64,000 bases of DNA from Candidatus Latescibacterota bacterium (lineage in GTDB: Bacteria > Latescibacterota > UBA2968 > UBA8231). The translations under genes were made by a program, and so were the position numbers. Every line of letters starts with the position of its first letter. Within the stretch, counting starts at the first letter, position 1. The notes under the pieces were generated by a model, which saw only the letters and a list, made by a program, of their open reading frames with translations, made no database searches and was not told the origin of the DNA. The DNA lies in the NCBI GenBank assembly GCA_965242865.1, contig CBDETK010000013.1:2816001-2880000 (forward strand), read 5' to 3'. Shown here piece after piece: positions 1-9,105 of the stretch.

Positions 1-2
1 TG

Positions 3-1913
3 TTGATCAAGGTGCCGCAAGGACAGGCCATCGAATACCCCGGCGAGGGTACGCTCAAGGAGATCCTCGCCCAAGAGAACAAGGGGCTGCTAAAGCAATA
101 CATTGCTGCCCGCGCTGGCGACGAGTGCGTCGATTTCCACACCCGGCTCGGCCGCCAAGCGGAAGTTGAGCTCATTCCGTGGGACGCGGACGAGGCCGCG
201 GCGATCTACCGCCACAGCATGTCGCACGTGTTGGCGCAGGCCGTGCTGCGCCTCTTCCCGGACGCGCAACTGGCGATCGGCCCGGCCATTGACGACGGCT
301 TCTACTACGACTTTGACGTGGCCGAGCCTTTTACGCCCGAAGATTTGCAGAAAATCGAGCGGGAGATGAAGCGGGTCGTCAAGCAAAACCACAAGTTCGA
401 GCGGATCGATGTTGCGCCCGAGGAAGCCGAAGCAATGGTCGCCAACGCCCCGTACAAACAGGAGATCCTCGCGGACTTGGAAGCAGGTCAGCCCTTGTCC
501 TTTTACAAAGACGGCGAGTTCATCGACTTGTGCCGGGGGCCGCATATACTCGGCACCGGCCAAATCAGGCACTTCAAGCTACTGAGCGTGGCAGGGGCCT
601 ATTGGCGCGGCGACGAAAGCCGCAAGATGTTGCAGCGGATATACGGCACGGCCTTTGCCACCCGCGAGGGGCTCGACCGCCACCTGACGATGCTCAAAGA
701 GGCCAAAAAGCGCGACCACCGCGCCCTGGGCAAGCAACTGGAGTTGTTCACCTTTGACGACGAAGTGGGGCCGGGGTTGCCCCTGTGGCTGCCCAAGGGG
801 GCGGTGCTCATCGACGCGCTGGAGGACTTGGCCCGCAAGACCGAGGGCGCGGCGGGCTATCAGCGGGTGCGGACGCCGCACATCTGCAAGGAGTCCATGT
901 ATCGGCGCAGCGGCCACTTGCCGTACTATGCCGAGTCGATGTTTCCGCCCATGGAGTTGGAGGGGGTCAAGTACTACCTCAAGCCCATGAACTGCCCTCA
1001 CCACCACAAAATTTTCGCCGCGGCCGCGCGCTCATACCGCGACCTGCCCCTGCGGCTGGCCGAGTATGGCACGTGCTACCGCTACGAGCAGTCGGGCGAG
1101 TTGTTCGGCTTGATGCGGGTGCGCTCGTTGCAGATGAACGACGCGCATATCTATTGTACGCTCGACCAGTTTGAGGAGGAATTCCTCGCCGTCTGTCAGA
1201 TGTACCTGCGCTATTTTGAGTTGTTCGGCTTGGAGAATTACCTGATGCGCTTGAGCACTCACGCGCCCTCCGGGCTAGGGGCCAAGTACGTCGATGACCG
1301 CGAGAAGTGGCGTCGCACCGAGGACATGGTGCGCGACGCCATGGTGCGGGGCGGGATCAACTACGAAGAAGTGCCCGATGAAGCCGCCTTTTACGGCCCC
1401 AAGATCGACGTCGAGGTATGGAGTGCCATCGGGCGGCAGTTTACCATCGCCACCAACCAAGTCGATTTCGCCCAGCCCGGCCGCTTCGGCCTGACGTACA
1501 CCAACGCGGCCGGGGCCGAGGAGACGCCCATTTGCATCCACCGCGCCCCGCTGGGCACTCACGAGCGCTTTATCGGCTTCTTGATCGAGCACTACGCCGG
1601 CGCGTTCCCGGTGTGGCTGGCCCCCGTGCAAGCGGTGGTTTTGCCCATTGCCGAGCGCCACGCCGAATACGGCGACCAGCTCTACCAGCAGCTGCGCGCC
1701 GCCGGGATCCGGGCCGAACTCGACGCGGCCAGCGCGACCCTCAACAAGCGCATCCGCCAAGCGCAGACTCAGAAGGTGCCCTACATGCTGATCGCCGGAG
1801 ACCGCGAAGTCGAAGGGGGCAAGGTGGCGATTAGGCAGCGGTCCGGCGAACAGCTCGACCCGCTCCCGCTCGCCGAGGCGGTCGCGCTAATCGGTGCTGA
1901 GATAAGGGGCTAG
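3..1913 (+). CDS. thrS: Threonine--tRNA ligase (true start may lie upstream of the window)
   Basis: TGS/editing region (HSMSH, DLCRGPH), catalytic motifs KPMNCPHH and YRYEQSG, FYGPKID, IHRAPLGTHERF, C-terminal anticodon-binding domain. Confidence 0.98.
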   Translation: MIKVPQGQAIEYPGEGTLKEILAQENKGLLKQYIAARAGDECVDFHTRLGRQAEVELIPWDADEAAAIYRHSMSHVLAQAVLRLFPDAQLAIGPAIDDGFYYDFDVAEPFTPEDLQKIEREMKRVVKQNHKFERIDVAPEEAEAMVANAPYKQEILADLEAGQPLSFYKDGEFIDLCRGPHILGTGQIRHFKLLSVAGAYWRGDESRKMLQRIYGTAFATREGLDRHLTMLKEAKKRDHRALGKQLELFTFDDEVGPGLPLWLPKGAVLIDALEDLARKTEGAAGYQRVRTPHICKESMYRRSGHLPYYAESMFPPMELEGVKYYLKPMNCPHHHKIFAAAARSYRDLPLRLAEYGTCYRYEQSGELFGLMRVRSLQMNDAHIYCTLDQFEEEFLAVCQMYLRYFELFGLENYLMRLSTHAPSGLGAKYVDDREKWRRTEDMVRDAMVRGGINYEEVPDEAAFYGPKIDVEVWSAIGRQFTIATNQVDFAQPGRFGLTYTNAAGAEETPICIHRAPLGTHERFIGFLIEHYAGAFPVWLAPVQAVVLPIAERHAEYGDQLYQQLRAAGIRAELDAASATLNKRIRQAQTQKVPYMLIAGDREVEGGKVAIRQRSGEQLDPLPLAEAVALIGAEIRG

Positions 1914-1921
1914 CGCACGCT

Positions 1922-2623
1922 GTGTTCGGCCGCACTCGCTACATCGCCGGGATTTTCTGGCAATTTCGCTACTACCTGCTTTGCACGGGGCTGGCACTGG
2001 TCTTTTGGGACACCGCATTGATCAAGCCGTTCCGCTTTTTTGTGGTGCTGGTACACGAGGTCAATCACGCGGTCGCCGCGCTGCTCACCGGCGGCGAGGT
2101 CCTTGAAATCCGCACCCATTGGGACGAGTCCGGGCACACCCGGACGAAGGGCGGCTTTTTTCCGCTGATTAGCGCGGCCGGGTACGTGGGGTCGGCGCTG
2201 TGGGGGGCGTTGCTGGTGCATACTTCGCTTTATCCGCAGGCCCAGCGTTTGGTGTTGCTGTGCATTGGCGCGGCCTGTGCGGGAATGACCCTGCGCTACA
2301 CGCCGCTGGCGGAGGGAGGGGTTGATTTCGCGTTGGGAATCGGCGGCGGGCTGGTCCTGTGCATCATGGCCTGCAAGTCGCGGCGGCTGGCGAGCATCGG
2401 CGCGGTGTGGATGGGAGTGATGCTGTGCCTGTACAGCCTCTACGACTTCCGCACGGACCTGTGGCATCACCCAGAGCAGACGGACGCCGGGCTGCTGTCG
2501 GCCCATTGGGGGCTGGATCCATTGCAGATGCCCTATCTGGCGTACTTGATTGCCTTGATTTGGGTGCTGGTGTCGCTGTCGTGCATGTATCGGGCGATGC
2601 GCGCGGTGGGGCTTAAGCATTGA
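1922..2623 (+). CDS. M50B-like membrane metallopeptidase
   Basis: HEVNH (HExxH) inside a hydrophobic helix, AGY motif, later TDA motif, several TM segments. Confidence 0.8.
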   Translation: MFGRTRYIAGIFWQFRYYLLCTGLALVFWDTALIKPFRFFVVLVHEVNHAVAALLTGGEVLEIRTHWDESGHTRTKGGFFPLISAAGYVGSALWGALLVHTSLYPQAQRLVLLCIGAACAGMTLRYTPLAEGGVDFALGIGGGLVLCIMACKSRRLASIGAVWMGVMLCLYSLYDFRTDLWHHPEQTDAGLLSAHWGLDPLQMPYLAYLIALIWVLVSLSCMYRAMRAVGLKH

Positions 2624-2687
2624 GTGCAACTGTCCGGTGCGCTGCATTGCCAACCAGCGCTCGGAATTAACCGAGAGGAGTAAAACC

Positions 2688-4460
2688 ATGCGAATGAGTC
2701 GGTTGTTCAGTCAGACCTTGCGCGACGTCACCGCCGATGTGGAGATAGCCAGCCACCGGCTTTTGCTGCGGGCCGGCTTTATCCGCCCGCTGGCCAGCGG
2801 CATCTTCAGCTATTTGCCCCTCGCGCAGCGGTCCATGCGCAAGATCGAAGACCTCATCCGCCGCGAGATGGACGCCATCGGCGGTCAGGAGATCACCATG
2901 CCGGTGGTGCATCCGGCCGAGCTTTGGCAGCAGACCGGCCGTTGGTACGCGGTCGGCCCGGAGATGAGCCGCTTTCAAGACAAAAACGGCCGCGACATGG
3001 TGCTGGCCATGACCCATGAGGAGGTTGTCGCCGACTTAGTCCACCGCGAGATCAAATCCTACAAGCAACTGCCCCAGCTAATCTATCAGATCCAGACCAA
3101 GTGGCGCGACGATCCTCGCCCCCGCTCGGGCCTTATCCGCGTGCGCGAGTTTACCATGAAGGACTCCTATAGCCTCGACGCCGACTGGGCGGGCCTTGAA
3201 AGGCAATACCGCGCCCACTACCAGTGCTATTTCAACATCTTCCAGCGCTGCGGCCTCGACGTCCTCGCGGTGCGCTCGGATACCGGGATGATGGGCGGCG
3301 AGCTGGCCCACGAATACATGTACCTAACGCCGGTCGGCGAAGACACCCTGCTCTTGTGCGACGACTGCGGGTACTCGGCCAACCGCCAGATCGCCGCCTT
3401 TGCCAAACCGGCCAATCCGGCCGAAGAACCCGCCGTGTGCGAGAAAATCGCCACGGCCAATGCTACGACCATTGAGGAGCTGACCGCGTTGTTCAACATT
3501 CCCGCCCACAAGATCGCCAAGGCGCGCTTTATGATGGCCACTGTCGGCGACGGTGCGGACAAGCGGGATGCGTTTGTCCTCGCGGTCGTGCGCGGCGACA
3601 TGGAAATCAACGAGACCAAGCTGGCCAACGCGGTCGGCGCCCTCGAAATGTGGCCGGCGCGAGAAGCGGAAATCCGTGCGGTCGGCGCGGAGCCGGGCTA
3701 TGGCTCGCCCATCGGCGTCAAAGGTGCCTTGGTCGTCGTCGATGAGTCCGTGGCGTCCTCCCCCAATCTGGTGGCCGGGGCCAACGAGCCGGGCTACCAC
3801 CTCGCCCATGTCAACTACGGCCGCGACTACACAGCCGATGTGGTAGCTGACATTGCCGTCGCTCGGCCGGGCGATGGCTGCCCTAGCTGCGGGGCGGCGT
3901 TGCGCGAATCGCGCGGGGTAGAAGTGGGCAACATCTTCCAGCTCGGGACCAAATTCACCGAGGCTCTTGACGGAGATTTCCTCGACGCCGAGGGCCAAGC
4001 GCGGCCCGTCGTCATGGGGTCTTATGGGATCGGCGTGGGGCGGCTGCTGGCCTGCATCGCCGAGGAGCACCACGACGACAACGGCTTGGTGTGGCCCATT
4101 GCCGTCGCGCCTTACCCCGTACACATCGTCCTCCTCGCCAAGGGCGAAGGCGCAGCGCAAGCCGCGGCCGAGCAGCTCTACTCCGACTTGGCCGAGCGCG
4201 GCCTTGAGGTGCTGCTCGACGACCGCCGAGAAAACCCCGGGGTCAAGTTCAAAGACGCCGACCTAATTGGGGTGCCGGTGCGGGTGACGGTGGGGGATCG
4301 CGGGTTGCAGCGGGGGATTGTCGAGGTCAAGCTGCGGCGCGAAAAAGAGCGGCAAGACGTGCCGGTGGAGCAGGCGGTAGAATACGTGGTGGAGCAGGTG
4401 GAGCGGTTGCAACGCGAGTTGGACGAGCGCGTGGTAGAAGTGGAGTACCAAGGGTCGTAG
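2688..4460 (+). CDS. proS: Proline--tRNA ligase (bacterial type with editing insertion)
   Basis: GAGGAG RBS then ATG 2688 (MRMSRLF); motifs THEE, RDDPRPRSGLIRVREFTMKDSYS, EVGNIFQLG, GSYGIGVGR. Confidence 0.98.
   Translation: MRMSRLFSQTLRDVTADVEIASHRLLLRAGFIRPLASGIFSYLPLAQRSMRKIEDLIRREMDAIGGQEITMPVVHPAELWQQTGRWYAVGPEMSRFQDKNGRDMVLAMTHEEVVADLVHREIKSYKQLPQLIYQIQTKWRDDPRPRSGLIRVREFTMKDSYSLDADWAGLERQYRAHYQCYFNIFQRCGLDVLAVRSDTGMMGGELAHEYMYLTPVGEDTLLLCDDCGYSANRQIAAFAKPANPAEEPAVCEKIATANATTIEELTALFNIPAHKIAKARFMMATVGDGADKRDAFVLAVVRGDMEINETKLANAVGALEMWPAREAEIRAVGAEPGYGSPIGVKGALVVVDESVASSPNLVAGANEPGYHLAHVNYGRDYTADVVADIAVARPGDGCPSCGAALRESRGVEVGNIFQLGTKFTEALDGDFLDAEGQARPVVMGSYGIGVGRLLACIAEEHHDDNGLVWPIAVAPYPVHIVLLAKGEGAAQAAAEQLYSDLAERGLEVLLDDRRENPGVKFKDADLIGVPVRVTVGDRGLQRGIVEVKLRREKERQDVPVEQAVEYVVEQVERLQRELDERVVEVEYQGS
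4440..4455 (+). repeat. Copy 1 of GTGGAGTACCAAGGGT (3' end of proS); further copies at 8542-8557 (exact) and 9089-9104 (1 mismatch)
   Basis: Direct comparison of the three sites. Confidence 0.85.
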
Positions 4461-4605
4461 GATGGATGCGCCAGCGGTTGAGCGATCTTGATCGATGGCG
4501 GCATACACTCTACTCTTTGGCATGGGTAGAGTTCTATCTCTGCCCTTTCCCTCACACACCTATAGGAGACGAATAGCCGCCAACGCCAAACAGGAGGTTT
4601 TTGCT

Positions 4606-6264
4606 ATGCCTACGCTGGATTTCAAAGGAAAGCAGCACATCTACGCCCACCATCTCACCGTGCCGTACCGCCCGCTGGTGCCCGACGAGGGCCGGTCCGT
4701 GAACGCCGGGGGCGTCGATGACAACCTCATCATTCACGGCGATAACCTGTACGCGCTGAAGGCACTGCTGCCCCGCTACGCCGGCCGCGTCAAGTGCATC
4801 TACATTGACCCGCCCTATAATACCGGCAACGAGGGTTGGGTCTATAACGACAAGGTCAACAGCCCGCTGATGCGCCAATGGCTGAAAGACAACGGCTTGG
4901 TTGACAGGGAAGACTTGGAACGACACGACAAATGGCTGTGCATGATGTGGCCCCGGTTGCAACTTTTGTGGGAGTTGCTCGCGGACGACGGCGTGATCTT
5001 CATTTCCATCGACGACAACGAACAGCACCATTTGCGGATGTTGATGGACGAGATTTTTGACGAGGAAAATTTCGTTGCTAACATCATCTGGCAAAAGAAA
5101 TACGCTCCTTCTAACGACGCAAAGTACCTTTCAGACAACCACGACTTTGTTCTTTGTTACGCTAAAAATAGCATTGACGGCAAAGGTAATTTGTCGGCGG
5201 CTTGGCAGCGCAGACTCCTTCCGCGCACAGAAAAACAGGATCGACTCTACAAATACGATGACAATGACGGTAGAGGTCCTTGGCGTGTTGATAACCTGTC
5301 CGTCAAGACCTATTCTCCTGAATATGACTACCCTATCGTAAACCCGAACACGGGTGTAGCATACAACCCGCCTGATGGGAGATGTTGGTTGACGAACAAA
5401 GAACAGATGCAGATTTGGATCGACGAAAACCGGGTTTTCTTTGGACGAGATGGAAAAAATTCACCCCAGTTGAAGAGATACTTGCGAGAAGTAAAACAGG
5501 GGATAGTCCCGCTGACTATCTGGTTATATGACGAAGTGGGACATACAGACGGTGCTCGTAAGATGCTAAAAGAAATTTTTAGCGATCAGCAATTGCCTTT
5601 CGACAACCCAAAGGCTTTAGGGCTATTGCAGAGAATATGCACAATAGCGGGGGACAAAGACGCCCTCGTCCTCGACTCCTTCGCCGGCAGCGGCACCACC
5701 GCCCATGCCGTCCTTGCCCTCAACAAAGAAGACGGCGGCAACCGCAAGTTCATTCTCGTGGAGTGCGAAAATTATGCCGACACCATCACCGCCGAGCGCG
5801 TCCGCCGCGTCATCACCGGCGTTCCCGACGCCAAAGACGACGCCTTGCGCCAAGGGCTGGGCGGCTCGTTCACTTACTGTACGCTAGGCGACCCCATTGA
5901 CCCGGAAGCCATGCTGACCGGCGAAGCCCTGCCGGATTACGCCGCCCTCGCGGCTTATCTGTTGTACACCGCCTCCGGCCTCTCCGCGGGCGCAGCCGCC
6001 TTACAGCCCCTGAATGATGACGGCCTGTTCCACAGCAACCATACCACTGATTACTATCTGCTGTACGAACCCAACTTGGATTACCTACGCAGTAATGCGG
6101 CGATGTTGAACCTAGAGCGAGCGCGGCGCATCAGCACCGTAGCCAAGCAAAACAGCAGAAAAGCTCTCGTTTTTGGCCCGGGTAAATACATCGGCCAAGC
6201 CGAACTTACGAAAATGGGCATTACATTTTGCCAGTTGCCCTACGAACTACACCGGGCACTGTAA
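4606..6264 (+). CDS. mod: Type III R-M methyltransferase Mod (beta-class amino-MTase)
   Basis: AGGAGG RBS, ATG 4606; IYIDPPYN catalytic motif, LDSFAGSGTT SAM-binding motif, AT-richer central TRD (~5060-5650); res follows. Confidence 0.93.
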   Translation: MPTLDFKGKQHIYAHHLTVPYRPLVPDEGRSVNAGGVDDNLIIHGDNLYALKALLPRYAGRVKCIYIDPPYNTGNEGWVYNDKVNSPLMRQWLKDNGLVDREDLERHDKWLCMMWPRLQLLWELLADDGVIFISIDDNEQHHLRMLMDEIFDEENFVANIIWQKKYAPSNDAKYLSDNHDFVLCYAKNSIDGKGNLSAAWQRRLLPRTEKQDRLYKYDDNDGRGPWRVDNLSVKTYSPEYDYPIVNPNTGVAYNPPDGRCWLTNKEQMQIWIDENRVFFGRDGKNSPQLKRYLREVKQGIVPLTIWLYDEVGHTDGARKMLKEIFSDQQLPFDNPKALGLLQRICTIAGDKDALVLDSFAGSGTTAHAVLALNKEDGGNRKFILVECENYADTITAERVRRVITGVPDAKDDALRQGLGGSFTYCTLGDPIDPEAMLTGEALPDYAALAAYLLYTASGLSAGAAALQPLNDDGLFHSNHTTDYYLLYEPNLDYLRSNAAMLNLERARRISTVAKQNSRKALVFGPGKYIGQAELTKMGITFCQLPYELHRAL

Positions 6265-6274
6265 AGGGTGGGCA

Positions 6275-8526
6275 ATGGAACTGAAAGAGTATCAATCGGT
6301 CGCGTTGGAAGCCTTTACCCGCTGGTGGAATGGACTGGCCGCGGCGCGGGCGCAGGCGGACACAGCCATCGCCGCGTTGCAAGAAGCCGGCGTTGACATT
6401 CCCGCGGACCTCCACAACTATCCCAAGACAGCTTGGCAGCAACTGGCCCAATCGGGCGGCGTAGCCGACGGCAACGTCCCCTATATTGAGCGCACGGACG
6501 AGGCCGGGCGGCCCATTCCGCATATCTGTTTTAAGGTGCCGACTGGCGGGGGCAAGACGCTGCTTGCCGCTGCCGCCCTGCAACGGCTCAACCGGCAAAC
6601 CGGCCTGACGCTGTGGGTAACGCCCACCCGCGCCATCTACCAGCAGACCAAAGCCGCCCTGCGCAGCCGAGAGCATCCCTACCGACAAATACTGGAAATC
6701 GGCAGCGGCGGACGGGTCAAGCTGCTCGAAAAGGACGACCTGTTCACGGCGGCGGACGTGGCGAACTATCTGTGCGTAATGCTACTGATGCTGCCGGCTG
6801 CTAACCGGCGGCGGGGGCGGGAGTTTCTGCGGATGTTCCGCGATTCCGGGCGCTATCCCACGCTTTTCCCGGACAGCGATGACGCACTTGGCGATGCTCG
6901 CCTGTTGCAGGACTATCCCGATTTGGAACGCAACGAGGACGACGGCCCGGTCAAGCACAGCCTGTTCAACGTGTTCAAGATGCTGCGTCCGGTAGTGGTG
7001 CTAGACGAGGCGCACAAGGCGTATGGCGCCAGCAAGCCAGAGGCCAACGCCGAGTTTGCCCGCTCGATCAGCCGCCTCAACCCCAGCCTCGTGATCGAAT
7101 TGTCGGCAACGCCCAACCGAGGCATCAGCAACCTGCTAGTGGACATCACCGGCGTTGAGCTAAAAAAAGAGGAGATGATAAAGCTGCCGGTGCAGATAAC
7201 GTCGCTCACCAACGCCGATTGGCATTCTACCTTGTTGCAGGCGTACGACGAACTAGAGCGGCTGGACGCCGAAGCGCAGTCCTTGCAAATGAGCGAGGGC
7301 CGCTACATCCGCCCCATCGCGGTAGTGCGGGTGGAGCGCACGGGCAAAGACCAGCGCGACGGCGAGCGCGTCCACGCCGAGGACGTGCGGGAATATCTGA
7401 CGCAAACGCTGGGGGTGTCGGCCAATGCCGTGGCCGTCAAGTCGTCGGAAAAGGACGAACTGGCCGGCATTGACCTGCTGTCCGAGTTTTCGCCGTTGCG
7501 CTGGATAATCACCAAGGCGGCCCTGATGGAGGGCTGGGATTGCCCCTTCGCTTACCTATTGGTGATGCTGGACAACACCAGCGCCCAGCGGGCCATCACC
7601 CAGTTGGTGGGGCGGGTAATGCGGCAGCCCCAGGCGCGGCGCACCGGGCGGGAGGCCCTGGACCAGTGCTATGTCTATTGCTGGAATACCAACGTGGGGC
7701 AGGCGGTCAGCCAAGTCAAAAATGGGCTGGAGCGCGAAGGACTAAGCGGCCTAAGCGACGAAGTGCTAGGGGCCGGGTCGGATTGGCGGCAGGTTACGGT
7801 GGAGCGACGCGAGCCGTTGCGGAGCAAGGCCATCTTTTTACCGCTGGTGCTACACAAAGACGGCGACGGCTGGCGCGAGTTGGATTACCAGCAGCACATT
7901 CTGCCCAGCATTGATTGGGCGGCCATGGACGCACCCGACCCGCAGAGCAGTCTCTCCGACCACACCAGAATGCAGGCGGCGTCCGTTGATCTTGGCGACG
8001 CACTACCCGTGTTTCGCGCCGACCGGGAGTTGTTCATCGACAAGACGCTCAGCATATCGTACTTCGCCCGCCGCCTATCCGACATCGTGCCAAACACGTG
8101 GGAAGCGGCCCGCATTGTGCGGCAGCTAGTGGAGAAGCTGCGAGCAGGCGCTGGCAGCGACGACGAAATCTATGATCGCCGATCCTATCTGGTGTTTGCC
8201 TTGCGGGAACAGCTGGCCGATGCGATGGAAGAGCAGGCCGAAAGCGTCTTTCGCCACAAGTTGTTGGCCGGCAAAATCCGCTTTGAATGGCCGGCGAAAC
8301 GGCCGGTAAGCCGCACGTGCTGGTTTTCGAGACCAAGGGGGAACATCTGCGCGGCAACCCCGATACGGACTACAAACAACGCGTACTAGAAACCCTACAA
8401 AATGCCTTTAACTGCGGAACGATGACCGTCCGCGACGGACCCATGCGAGGAACATTTCGGCTGGTGTTCACTGAGCTGGAGTTTCCGGCCGCACTAGCCG
8501 AAGTGAACGAAACGAAACGCGCTTGA
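6275..8526 (+). pseudogene. res: Type III R-M Res helicase-nuclease, inactivated by internal deletion and frameshift at ~8286
   Basis: PTGGGKT, LDEAH, SATP, EGWD, QLVGR helicase motifs in frame to ~8286; the nuclease end (VFETKGEHL..DTDYK) is in another frame (8287-8526) and the preceding PDF catalytic segment is missing. Confidence 0.85.
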
Positions 8527-8558
8527 CAAACCGGGATCGCCGTGGAGTACCAAGGGTA
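8525..8558 (+). repeat. ~34-bp direct repeat GACAAAC...GCCGTGGAG(T/G)ACCAAGGGTA, partner at 9071-9105
   Basis: Direct comparison; contains the proS 3'-end 16-mer. Confidence 0.8.
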
Positions 8559-8659
8559 GTAATCGCCGTCGTCCGATTGGTAACGACGGTGCTCCAACTT
8601 AGGTCAGGCATAGAATCAATTGAGGACGAGCACGGAAATTTATTCCTGCGGGGTTGGCG

Positions 8660-8947
8660 TTACGGGAGCTTATACAGAATCACGCCGATGGTCGATAGCC
8701 AACTGGTGAACAACAGGCCGAGAAACCAATTCATGCGCCGGTCTAGGCTCTCGATCTTGCGTTCGATGGCGTCAAAGCGGGAGGCGGTGTTTTTCTCGGA
8801 GCTTTCGATCAGAGCGGTCGTGCTCCTCTCGGAGCTTTCGATCTGGCGTTCAACGATGTCAAAGCGGTGGTTATTCTGCTCAATGAGCGTCTCCAAGCGG
8901 GCCAAGGCGATGTCGTGTTGGTGAACTTTGGTTTCAACTTCGTTCAT
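8660..8947 (-). CDS. Small coiled-coil protein with C-terminal membrane anchor (XhlA/DUF1640-like architecture)
   Basis: AGGAG RBS; heptad-like region with an 11-aa internal repeat (IESSERSTTAL/IESSEKNTASR); hydrophobic C-terminus. Confidence 0.65.
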   Translation of the reverse strand: MNEVETKVHQHDIALARLETLIEQNNHRFDIVERQIESSERSTTALIESSEKNTASRFDAIERKIESLDRRMNWFLGLLFTSWLSTIGVILYKLP

Positions 8948-9028
8948 AAGACTTCTCCTTTCGCATTCGCGGGTGGGCCGTGCTCGTCCATTACCAAGAA
9001 AATAACGGCTGTGCTTCTAATTGCAAAA

Positions 9029-9068
9029 ATTGACTTGCTGTCCGAGCTTTCGCCGGTGCGCTGGATAA
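9029..9068 (+). repeat. 40-bp copy (3 mismatches) of res-internal sequence 7469-7508
   Basis: ATTGAC(C/T)TGCTGTCCGAG(T/C)TTTCGCCG(T/G)TGCGCTGGATAA at both sites. Confidence 0.85.
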
Positions 9069-9105
9069 CCGACAAACAGGGAGTAGCCGTGGAGGACCAA
9101 GGGTA

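Noticed and set aside
2624-2687. T-box or other leader upstream of proS
   Set aside because: The intergenic gap is only ~65 bp, too short, with no T-box motif
4495-4605. Upstream extension of mod in the ORF track
   Set aside because: The RBS and family-like N-terminus (MPTLDFKGK) point to ATG 4606; the same applies to the extensions at 2637, 6173, 17377, 18496, 23841, 26987, 46511 and 48713
4440-9105. Three repeats of GTGGAG(T/G)ACCAAGGGT as a CRISPR array
   Set aside because: Spacing is ~4.1 kb and ~0.55 kb, the repeat is short and part of proS, and there are no cas genes
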